Source: Anaeramoeba ignava BMAN (taxonomy: Eukaryota; Protista; Anaeramoebae). Taken from it: a stretch of 64,000 nucleotides of DNA. Positions within the stretch are counted from its first letter, which is position 1. Each line of letters opens with the position of its first letter. The position numbers and the translations under genes are program-made. A model generated the notes under the pieces. The model had not been told where the DNA came from and ran no database searches. It worked only from the letters and a program-made list of their open reading frames with translations. Below, one piece after another: positions 1 to 10,771 of this stretch. The stretch is taken from contig JAPDFW010000106.1 in NCBI GenBank assembly GCA_028826165.1, forward strand, positions 149,491-213,490. Reading direction: 5' to 3'.

Positions 1-1573
1 GTTTAAAGATTTCAGATGATAAACAGGTAAATTTATTTTATATAAAAAAATCTATTTAAAAATCTCATTTAAAAATTTAATTAAAAATCTAATTAAAAAT
101 CTCAATTAAAAATCTCAATTAAAAATCTCAATTAAAAATTTCATTTAAAATTTAATTTAAAAATTTATTTTTGTTTTTATTAGGTTTGTTCTGAACAAAT
201 TGAAAAATGTTTCCCAGATGGTTTAGATCCTGAAATTGGAGAATGTATTGCAGAATTATGGGAGGATAAATCAATTAAAATTACATTTGAAAATCGATCT
301 CTTTTTCAAATACCAGATCAAGCTTCTTAGTAAATTATAAATTTAATTATTAAATTATTCAATAATTCAATTAAAAAAAATAACTTTATTGATGTTTTTT
401 TTTTGATTTATTAAGAATTTGATCATTTATTTATTTATTTATTTTCTTTTTATCTTTATTTTTTAAAGTTTTTTTGATAATGTTAAAAGAGTTTCTTCTG
501 ATGATTTTGTACCTAATGATGAAGATATTATTAATTGTAGAATCCCCACAACTGGTGTTAGTAAAATTAATTTTGAAATTGAAGGAAGGCCTTGGGAGTA
601 TGTTTACCTGTTTAATTTTAGAATGAAATGAAATGAACTCATAATTAAACTCAGCTTTTTATTTAAAATTAAAATTCATTTATAAAATTAAAATTAAAAT
701 TAAAATTAAAATTCATTTATAAAATTAAAATTAAAATTAAAATTAAAATTAAAATTAATTTCTAAATTAAAATTAAAATTAAAATTAAAATCTAAATTAA
801 AATTCATTTATAAAATTAAAATTAAAATTCATATAAAATTAAAATTAATTTATAAAATTAAATTAAAATTAAAATTAAAATTAAAATTCATTTATAAAAT
901 TAAAAATAAAATTAAAATTAAAATTAAAATTAAAATTAAAATTAAAATTAAAATTCATTTTGAAAATTAAAATAGAGTTGTTGATGTTGGAGGTCAAAGA
1001 TCAGAAAGAAGAAAATGGATTCATCAATTTGATAACGTAACAATTGTGATATTTGTTGTTGCATCAAATGAATATGATCAAAGATTAACAGAAGAAGTAC
1101 AAGTTAATCGAATGCATGAAGCAGTTTCACTTTTTAACAAAACAGTGAACAATTCATATTTTAGAGAAAAAAATATATTGATTCTATTCAATAAATGTGA
1201 TCTTTTTGAAGAAAAAATCCAAAAAGTGGATTTAAATGTTTGCTTTCCAGAATATAATGGTGGTTTGAATTATGAAAATGGAATCAATTTTTTAAAGAAA
1301 AAATTTGTTGATCTTGGAACAAATTCAAAACGTTCAATTTTTTCTCATGTTACTTGCGCAATTCAAACTGAAAAAATCAAAGCAGTTGTTGTAATTATTT
1401 TATTAATCTTTTTTTAATCTTTTTATTAATATTTTTATTAATATTTTTATTAATCTTTTTATTAATATTTTTATTAATCTTTTTATTAATATTTTTATTA
1501 ATCTTTTTTAAAATAGGATGTTGTTAATTCAACTATTCTCGAAAATACTTTGAAAAAAAAGGGATATTTATAA
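1..1573 (+). CDS. Heterotrimeric G-protein alpha subunit, 5'-truncated by the window; exons ~1-26, 184-329, 469-597, 976-1390, 1517-1573
   Basis: GT-AG spliced translation gives switch I CRIPTTG, G3 DVGGQRSERRKWIH, G4 NKCD and G5 TCAI; TAA at 1571-1573. Confidence 0.93.
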
Positions 1574-1630
1574 GAAATAATTCAAAAAAGAAAAAAAACT
1601 TTCAATAAAAAAACTTCAAAAATAAAAACA

Positions 1631-1850
1631 AATTTTTTATTCAAATGAATTCCAAAAAAAACAAAGAAATTTATTCCAAATAGAATTTGGTTTGTTCAAA
1701 AAAAAAATCCGATTTTTATTCTTTAAAAAAAAAATAAAAATAATTTTTATTCAAATGAATTCCAAAAAAAACAAAGAAATTTATTCCAAATAGAATTTGG
1801 TTTGTTCAAAAAAAAAATCCGATTTTTATTCTTTAAAAAAAAAATAAAAA
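1631..1850. repeat. ~110-bp tandem duplication (2 copies) in the G-alpha 3' region
   Basis: The block 'ttttattcaaatgaattccaaaaaaaacaaag...ctttaaaaaaaaaataaaaa' occurs at ~1631-1740 and ~1742-1850. Confidence 0.85.
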
Positions 1851-1942
1851 ATAATGAAATAAAATTCAAAAAAAAAAACATCAAAATTTTTTAATTTCAT
1901 TTTTTTTCATTTTTTTCATTTTTTTTTTAAAATTTTATTTTT

Positions 1943-3330
1943 ATGGACGCAACAACAATTTATAAAGCAGCTACAACTAAATTTTCTAAATATGCGAGAT
2001 GGATTTGTAAAATATGAATAAAATATGAATAAAATATGAATAAAATATGAATAAAAATTAAATATAAAAATTAAATATAAAATTAAATATGAATTTTTTT
2101 CATAAATAAAAACAGGTTTAGTTGCAGCAGTTGCTTTTTTAATTTGTGGAATTATTGATTGCTTTTATTTACTTGGAGTTGGGATTTTTTGCATGTGAAT
2201 TTTATCAAGAAAAAATTATATCAAGAATGAATTTTTAAGAACAAATTTTATTAATAAATAATATATTTAATATTATATTTAATTTTATATTTAATTTTAT
2301 ATTTAATTTTTATATTTAATTTTATATTTAATTTTATATTTAATTTTATATTTAATATTATATTTAATATTATATTTAATATTATATTTAATATTATATT
2401 TAATATTATATTTAATATTATATTTAATATTATATTTAATATTATATTTAATTTTATATTTAATTTTATATTTAATATTATATTTAATATTATATTTAAT
2501 ATTATATTTAATATTATATTTAATATTATATTTAATATTATATTTAATATTATATTTAATATTATATTATATTTTTATTATTATATATAATTTTATATTT
2601 AATTTTATATTTAATTTTATATTTAATATTATATTTAATATTATATTTAATATTATATTTAATATTATATTTAATATTATATTTAATATTATATTTAATT
2701 TTATATTTAATATTATATTTAATATTATATTTAATTTTATATTTAATATTATATTTAATATTATATTTAATTTTATATTTAATATTATATTTAATTTTAT
2801 ATTTAATATTATATTTAATTTTATATTTAATATTATATTTAATTTTATATTTAATTTTATATTTAATTTTATATTTAATTTTATATTTAATTTTATATTT
2901 AATTTTATAATGAAATTTAGTGTTTTTTCAATTCCTCTTGCAATGATTGAAGTTCCTTGGCCAGCATGTTTTAGTTCACTTTTAGGAGATATTGTTGGTG
3001 ATTTCAGATTTAGAGGAGTTATTTACATTGTGTATTTATATTCTAATTTGAATTTAAATTGATTTGAAAATTTTTTTAAATTTAATCTTTTCAAAATTTA
3101 GATTGTCAATTCCACCATTTTTCTCAAAAGTAACTGTTGTTTGTGGAATAATTTTGATTATTGGGGGAATTCGTAAATAATCCAAAAAAAAAACAAAATT
3201 TATTTATTTTGATTTAATTTTTGATTTAATTTTTAATTTATTTATTTTTAATTTAGTTTATGTAATTTCTGGTTTCAAAGGAGAAAAAGCTACAGAAAAA
3301 AAATCAGGTCATGTTGCTGGATTGATTTAA
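1943..3330 (+). CDS. Small multipass membrane protein, TVP18/Flower-like; 5 exons; not in ORF track
   Basis: Spliced MDATTIYKAATTKFSKYARWIGLVAAVAFLICGIIDCFYLLGVGIFCI...IEVPWP...RGVIYIV...LYVISGFKGE...GLI*. FSxYxRW, IEvP and RxxxY match my recollection of Tvp18. Confidence 0.7.
2265..2908. repeat. Intronic 11-bp minisatellite (TTATATTTAAT/A)
   Basis: Direct reading; fills intron 2 of the TVP18-like gene. Confidence 0.9.
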
Positions 3331-3517
3331 ATCAAAAAAGAAAAAAAGAAAAGAAAAAAAGAAAAGGAAAAAGAAAAAGAAAAATTCCCAAAAAGAAAAA
3401 AATTTTTTTTTTGATTAATCCAAAAAAAAAAATAAAAAAACCAAATCAAATTTTTTGTTTTAATTTTATAATGAAAAAAAAAATATTCAAAAAAGAAAAA
3501 AGTTTTCTAGTGAAAAA

Positions 3518-5578
3518 TTAAGCAATTAATTTAAGAACAATTGCAACACGAGAAGGTAAATAAACTTTTAAAGAATAAGGCCTTTCATTCCAAGATTTAT
3601 TTTCAGTAAAATATTCCGATCCATTTTTAAGACGATCAAAACCGCCAAAAGAGATCAAATCTGTATTAAGTATATCAACGAATTTTCCTTGCCAAGAAGA
3701 TCCAAGACGATAATCTGTGTAACTTTCTGAAGGATGAAAATTGAACAAAAAAATAAAACTGTCAGAACGTTCAAAAAAAAGAAGCTTTTTATCCTCGTGA
3801 ACAGAAATAATCTTAACAAAGGGGTTTGAAAATAGATGGTACTCGGCATCAAGACGAAGCATAGCTGTGTCGAAGTTGAGCAAGTGGTGGTAGCGAAGGA
3901 GCGGGTCTTGGGCAAGATCCCATCGACGACGACAAAAATGAAATGAGTTTGAATTTTGCTCTCTTGGGAAATCGATCCATTCAGGATGTCCAAACTCGTT
4001 TCCCATAAAATTCAGGTATGCATCTCCACCGAGGGAGAACGTGATGAGTCTTATGATTTTATGAAGGGAAATGCCGCGGGAAACTTGAGGAGAAATAGGA
4101 TCGAGAATGGACATGCCTTTGTACATGTATTTGTCCATAAGCCAGAAGGATATTGTCTTATCCCCGACAAGAGCCTGGTCATGGCACTCTGCATAGGCAA
4201 TGACTTTCTCGCCGGTTCGACGGTTGAGTAGGGATCCTACTATGTCCCCAATGTTCCAATTTTCATCTTTTTTGGATTTCAATAAATTTTTCCAAAGATC
4301 AGGAATATTCATTGCAAATCTGTAGTCGAATCCGATCCCTCCTTGATCGAGTTTGAGACAGAGCCCGGGATAGCCGCTCACATCCTCGGCAATTGTGATG
4401 AGGGAGGGATCCAAAGAATGGACAAGATCGTTGACAAGCATGAGATAAACAATGCCGTCAAGATCGGCGTTTGATTGAAATTTTGTATCGAAATAATCAT
4501 CGTAAGAATTGAATTCGTGGTTTATTCCGTGGTGGGAATACATCATTGATGTAACTCCATCGAAGCGGAGTCCATCAAAATTGAACTCCTCAACCCAATA
4601 TCGGGCATTACTAAGAAGTAGCCGAAGAACCTCATATTTTGCGTAATTGAAGAGTCTTGAATCCCAAATGGGATGGATACCCTTTTTGCCGCTGTGGAAA
4701 TACTGGTAATCTGTGCCGTCGAATTTATTGATTCCGTCCTCAACATTCATAGAAACATGACTGTGAACAATATCCAAAATGACAAGTAATTTTCGTGCAT
4801 GAGCTTCATCAATCAGCAATTTCAGGTCCTCAATCGAACCGAAACGGGACGACGGAGCGAACGGGTGTGTAATTTGATATCCAAAACTCGCGTAATAAGG
4901 ATGTTCCATTATGGCCATTAACTGGACACAATTATATCCTAATTGTGCTATGTATGGCAAAATGTCTTTTCGAAACTCATTATAACTCGACACCTTGGGT
5001 TCTTTAGAAGACATCCCTACGTGCGCCTCATAGATCCTGAGACCCCCCTCAAGAACCGCTTTGCGCGGACTTCGACTCACGAATTTATACTTATTTTCAT
5101 TAACAAATTTCCCTTCAAAAAGTGGATTTCCCAAATCTTGTGTCGTCCTGCGTGACCACACAGGAATACGATAAAGCTCCTCGCCACTCTTTGTCTTCAT
5201 ACGAATCTTGATCTTCGAATCATCGCGTATTTGTGGCTGTTTTGGTTCTCCTTGATCTTCCACAATGACGCTGAATACCCCATACTCGTCCTTTATGCAT
5301 ATGTGTTTTGTCGGATCCCATCCGTTGAATTCTCCAACTAGACTCATTTCCGTTGCGTTGGGAGCCCACTCTCTAAATATAATGCCGTTCGTTATTCTTT
5401 GGAATCCAAAATAACGATATGCACTTGCAAATTTGATCAGACTAATTTCTTGTGATATTATTTTTTGTTTTGTTTCTTCATATTTTAAATTTCTTTGAAT
5501 AAGATGCTCTTCATAAGGTTTAAGCAATGGATCTTTTTCGATAAGTTTCTTGATTGTTTCTTCTGCTTTTTTTTGCAT
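3518..5578 (-). CDS. GBE1: 1,4-alpha-glucan (glycogen) branching enzyme, GH13, intronless
   Basis: EWAPNA, IYEAHVG, DIVHSH, RFDGVTSM (nucleophile Asp), AEDVSG (acid/base Glu), ECHDQALVGDKT, FMGNEFGHPEWIDFPR. Confidence 0.97.
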   Translation of the reverse strand: MQKKAEETIKKLIEKDPLLKPYEEHLIQRNLKYEETKQKIISQEISLIKFASAYRYFGFQRITNGIIFREWAPNATEMSLVGEFNGWDPTKHICIKDEYGVFSVIVEDQGEPKQPQIRDDSKIKIRMKTKSGEELYRIPVWSRRTTQDLGNPLFEGKFVNENKYKFVSRSPRKAVLEGGLRIYEAHVGMSSKEPKVSSYNEFRKDILPYIAQLGYNCVQLMAIMEHPYYASFGYQITHPFAPSSRFGSIEDLKLLIDEAHARKLLVILDIVHSHVSMNVEDGINKFDGTDYQYFHSGKKGIHPIWDSRLFNYAKYEVLRLLLSNARYWVEEFNFDGLRFDGVTSMMYSHHGINHEFNSYDDYFDTKFQSNADLDGIVYLMLVNDLVHSLDPSLITIAEDVSGYPGLCLKLDQGGIGFDYRFAMNIPDLWKNLLKSKKDENWNIGDIVGSLLNRRTGEKVIAYAECHDQALVGDKTISFWLMDKYMYKGMSILDPISPQVSRGISLHKIIRLITFSLGGDAYLNFMGNEFGHPEWIDFPREQNSNSFHFCRRRWDLAQDPLLRYHHLLNFDTAMLRLDAEYHLFSNPFVKIISVHEDKKLLFFERSDSFIFLFNFHPSESYTDYRLGSSWQGKFVDILNTDLISFGGFDRLKNGSEYFTENKSWNERPYSLKVYLPSRVAIVLKLIA

Positions 5579-5758
5579 AATTTTTTATTTTTTTTAATGA
5601 GAAAAATGAAAAAAATGAAAAAATGAAAATTAAAAAAAATTTTTTAAATTAATTTTTTCATTTTTTTCTTTTCTTTTGATAGTTTTTTTTTCTAAATCAT
5701 TTATATTTAATTTTCTTCCATTTTTTAATTAATTAATTAATAAATAAATTAATAAATA

Positions 5759-7269
5759 ATGGCAGATTCTGAAGATAATGCAGTTGTTTTATGTTTTAAT
5801 TCTTTACAAGAAATGATTGGAAATCGAATTTTTACAAAAAAAGAAAATTATGAAAAAAAAGAAAAAGAAAATATAGAAGTTAATTTAATTTTTACTAAAT
5901 TACCATCAGAAAGTAAAAATAAATTAAAAATTCAATTAAAAAATTCAATTAAAAATTCAATAATTAAATTTTAATTTTAATTTTTTTAGTTATATTATTA
6001 ATCTGTAAATTTCTTTCTCCTGGAGAAATTATTAAATTCGGAATGACATGCAAAATTGCTCACTTTATTACAAATGAAACATATCTTTGGAGAATCAAAT
6101 CAATGGAATATCATACTTACTTTATTTGGAAAAAAATTCAAATCATAACTCATTTTAATGAAAAAACTATAATAGGCTTTCAATACGATATTCAATCAGA
6201 AATCAAAAAAATAACCGCAAAAAAAAACACTCCAAATCATAATAAATTCTATTTGCAAGACAACGAAGAAAAAATCAAAAACAAACATCGAAAATCACCT
6301 CCTATTTTTTTAAACGGAAAAATTGGAAAATTTTTTTCATCCAAAAAACAAAGAATCAAATATATCCAATTACTCAAGGATCCACAAAGCGAACTACTTG
6401 GAAGGGCACAGAAACTTTTCTTGAAATTAAAAGAACTTAAAGAAATGAAGCGAGTTCAAGAAATAATCGATACCAGAAAAAGAATAGCAGATTCAAAAAA
6501 AAACTTACTAATCAAATATTTGACAATTTTTGCTGGCTTGGTTCCTTCTGCTTTCTTAATAACATTAATCATCTTTAACTTTACACTTTCATACGAGATA
6601 AATCACAAAGCAAAATTCGCAATATCTCCACTAGTGATATTAGGGTTGGGTTTTGTTGTTATTCTGGGAAAACACATTTTCTTCCAGTCATTTGACACGA
6701 CTTTTTTCTTGCTTTTCTTGATCGCCTTTTCTTGGGTGTTTGGCTTCATTTCTTTTTCACTGAAACACGACGAGATTGTTGATATGCGGTGGATAGCCAT
6801 ATTCCTTCCCATTTGGGTTACATTGGCAATAATTTTTTGGATTGTTTACAAAGACCCGTACTTATCAATTCTCACAAGATTCGAGCAAATATTCTACTTC
6901 GGCTTCTGCGTATCATTCGCATCAAGCTTTTTCCTGCTTTCTTTGCGCCTTGATTGGGGGTTGCTTATTCCCTATTTCTATATATTTGCTCCAATTATTT
7001 TATTATTTTTAATAACGCTTGTTAGAATTACTGCTCCTCAAACCATTCGTCTAAGGACTACAACCTCCCCTGATATCGTTTTGGTCGGGATTTTCATGTG
7101 TCTTTTGTCTGTCGTCGTTCTTGTCTTCAGACTCCATAACTTCTTTCATAATTTCACGTTGGCTTTTCTTCCCTTTTACTTGATTTTACTTCCTGTTTCC
7201 TTTCTTTTCTGCTTTTTTTTATTACATTTTTCAGCAGTTGAAATGAGTGAAGATGATGATTATGACTAA
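5759..7269 (+). CDS. F-box protein with C-terminal multipass membrane domain (TMEM185/TMEM60-like); intron 5913-5989
   Basis: A phase-1 intron joins the two ORFs and creates LPSEIILLICKFLSPGEIIKFGMTCK...LW (F-box pattern). About 7-8 hydrophobic segments follow, with WIAIFLPIW and LSLRLD motifs. Confidence 0.7.
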
Positions 7270-7473
7270 TTCTTCTTTTGCAAAAATTTTGTTTGTCAAA
7301 AATGAAAAAACCCCTTTTTATTAAATCTTCTTTTATTGATTCAAAAATGAATAAAAAATAATTTTACTTTTTTTTTTTTTTTTTTTAAATCTTATTGAAA
7401 ATTTTTTTTTTTCATTTTTTTTTTCATTTTTTCTTTCATTTTTAATTTATTAAATAAAATAACAAAATCTAAA

Positions 7474-8771
7474 ATGATTAATAATAAAGAACAATCATTA
7501 AATAATCAAATAAATCTTCAAAATAAACAAGGTTTAAAATTTATTTCATTTATTTTTCAATTTAAATCAAAAAATTTTTTATTCATTAAAAATTTTTTTT
7601 TTCTTTTTTTAAATAAATAAAATTTTTCTTTTAAAAAAATTTCAATAAAAATCAATTTAAAAAGATAAATCTATTCCATTTAAACAAAATGATTTAATTT
7701 CTGATGATGATTTAGAAAGTTGTAGTCTTGAAATTGATGAAGAACAATGTAGAAATTCAAATCAAGAAATTCCAAAATCAAAATCAAATTCCAATCCAAA
7801 TTTAAATTTACATCCAAATTTAAATCCAAAATCAAAATCAAATTTAAAATCAAAATCAAATTCAAATTCAAATCCAAAATTAAATTTAAATTCAAATTCA
7901 AAATCAAAATTAAATTCAAAATCAAATTTAAACTCAAAATCAAAATCAAAATCAAAATCAAATTCCAATCCAAATTTAAATTCAAATTTAAATTCAAAAT
8001 CAAAATCAAATTCAAAATCAAAATCAGATCCAAAATTAAATTTAAATTCAAATTCAAACTCAAAATCAAAATTAAATTTAAATTCAAATTTAAATTCAAA
8101 ATCAAATTTAAAATCAAAATCAAATTTAAATTCAAAATCAAAATCAAATTCAAAATCAAATTTAAATTCAAATTTAAATCCAAAATCAAAATTAAATTCC
8201 AATTTAAAATCAAAATCAAATTTAAATTCAAAATCAAATTTAAATTTAAATTCAAAATCAAATTTAAAATCAAAATCAAAACCAAAAAGAAGAAGAAAAA
8301 AAACAAATCAAAAAAATCAAAAAGAAAAAAAAATCAAAAGCAATTCCAAAAATCAAAAATCAAAATCAAAATCAAAATCAAAATCAAAATCAAATTCAAA
8401 ATCAAAATCAAAATCAAATTCAAATTCAAATTCAAAATGAAAATCAAAATGAAAATGAAAATCAAAATGAAAATGAAAATCAAATTCAAAATAAAAATCA
8501 AAATCAAATTCAAAATAAAAATCAAAATCAAAGTGATTTAGAAAGTGATTTAGAAAGTGATTTAGAAAGTGATTTTGAAACTGAAGATGAAAGTGATTCT
8601 GAAGAAGATAATACTTTATATTGTATTTGCCAAAAACCAAGCCATGGAAATATGATCAAATGTGATAATCCTTCTTGTGAAAAAGTTTGGTTTCATTTTG
8701 AATGTGTTGGAATTAAAAATACTCCTCCAGAAGGATCTTGGTTTTGTCCAATTTGTTCTTCCAAAAAATAG
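7474..8771 (+). CDS. Low-complexity protein with C-terminal ING-type PHD finger; intron 7532-7664; apparent frameshift in A-runs at ~8285-8430
   Basis: C-terminus LYCICQKPSHGNMIKCDNPSCEKVWFHFECVGIKNTPPEGSWFCPIC*. The upstream KS/NS-repeat frame differs from the PHD frame. Confidence 0.75.
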
Positions 8772-8897
8772 AAATTAAAAAACAAAATCTTTTCATTTTC
8801 TATTTTTTATTTTCTTCTAATTTGTTAATTAAGAAATTTAATAATCCAAAATTATTTTTCATTTTTTCATTATTTTTCATTTTTTTCATTTTCAAAA

Positions 8898-10660
8898 ATG
8901 AATGAAATTATATTTTTTGGAAGAAATCAATATCCAAAACTTATCAAAAATGAACCAAATGCAATAACAAAACCAATTCAATTTGAAAATGAAAATGAAA
9001 ATGAAAATGAAAATGAAAAACAAATTAAACAAATTTCATCAAGTTATTTTTCAACAATTTTCCTTTTTAAAAATGGAAAAGCAACAGAATATTTACAAGA
9101 TTCAAATCAAAATCCTGAAAAAATCCAAATTGAAAATATTCAAAAAGTAACTGTTGGTGATCGAAATGAAGCTATTTTAACAATAGAAGGAAATGTATTT
9201 GCAAAAGGAAAAAATATTAATCCAAAAAATCCAAATGAATTTATCAATATTTCATCATTAATTGAAGATACAAATGATAGAGTAATTGAAGATATTGTTT
9301 CTGGAGAAACTTCAATTTACTTATTAACTTCAAATCAAAATGCTTATGGAATTGGTTCAAATCAATATGGTCAATTTGGTTTTGATTTTGAAACACTTCA
9401 AAAAACAGAAAAACCAATTTTAATGATGAAAAATGTTTCTAAAATATTTTCAGGAAATTCTTCACAATCTATTTTCCTTTTAAATTCAAATCAAGAATTA
9501 TTTGTATGCGGTGATAATTTTCATAGTCAGCTTGGATTAGGAAAGTTAATAAAAGAAAAACGAGTTGAAAAATTAACCAAAATCCAAAATATTCCAAAAG
9601 GCAAAATAATTGATATTCAATCTGGATATTATCATTCAATAATGTTGATTGAAAATGAAGATGAAAATCCAAAAAGAAAACTTTATTCATGTGGAGAACC
9701 TAAATTTAATGGTCTTTACAAAATGGGAAAAACAAGAGAATTTACTGAAATCAAATCATCTTTATTTGAAAATGATGATAATATTCTTGATATTTCTTGT
9801 GGAAGAAGTCATATTTTGATTTTAACTTCTAATTCAAAATTGATAGGATTTGGAAATAATTCTTATGATCAATTAGGAATTGAAAATACAACTTATCAAT
9901 TTATTCCTATTCAAATTGAACTTCCTAAATTAAGATTTAATGAAAATATTTCTAATTATCATATTTCTTGTGGATTTAATAAATCATTTCTTTATTATTC
10001 TCCTCCTTCTTTTTCCAATATTGAAGAAGATTTGATAAAATTATTTAAAAGAAAAGAATTTTGTAATATTTCATTTAAAACCAAAAATGGAGAAATAATT
10101 GAAGCTCATAAATTAATATTGAAATATAGATTAAATCAAAATGAAATTGAAATTGAAAAACTTAAAGAAATTATTTCAAATAAATCAATTCAAGAATCAA
10201 ATCAAATATTTGAAATGATTTATTCAAACAGAATTATAAATCCAAAATTATATTCTGAAATTAAAGAAATTATAAATTCCAATGAAAAAATTGAAGAAAC
10301 AATGAAAAGAATTTATTTAAATGAAAATGAAAATGAAAAAGATTTTATAATTGAAAGAAAAGAAAAACAATATAAATTTCCCAAATTAATATTAATAATG
10401 AGAAGTGAATTATATCGAGGAATGTGAGAAAATCTGTTACAAATGATACTTCTAATAAAGTTACAGATTATAGTGAATTAAGTAATAAATCATTTCAAAT
10501 ATTTGAATATTGGATTTATTCAAATCAAATTAAAGATGAAATTGAAATTACACAAGAAATTATTGATGAAATTCAAATTGGAATTGATTATTTTCAATTA
10601 AATCAAACAAATCCAAATTTATTTGATTTATTAATTAATAAATTTAATAATCAAAATTAA
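8898..10660 (+). pseudogene. RCC1-repeat + BTB-like protein disrupted near the C-terminus (stop/frameshift at ~10425)
   Basis: RCC1 repeats (GSNQYGQFG, SGYYHSI, SCGRSHIL, GNNSYDQLG) and BTB-like AHKLILKYR. RSELYRGM* continues in another frame as SVTNDTSNKVTDYS...IYSN. Confidence 0.65.
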
Positions 10661-10771
10661 AATCAAAATTAAATAAAAAATTAAAATTAAAAATTGAATT
10701 GTTTTGTTATTGTGGTTTTCATTTTTTCTTTTTTAAAAAATAGAATTAAAAAGAAATCCTTTTTTTTTTGC

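Noticed and set aside
3518-5578. GC-rich intronless GBE as a recent bacterial transfer
   Set aside because: Motifs are of the eukaryote-like type, and similar GC islands occur in clearly native genes; only a phylogeny could revive this.
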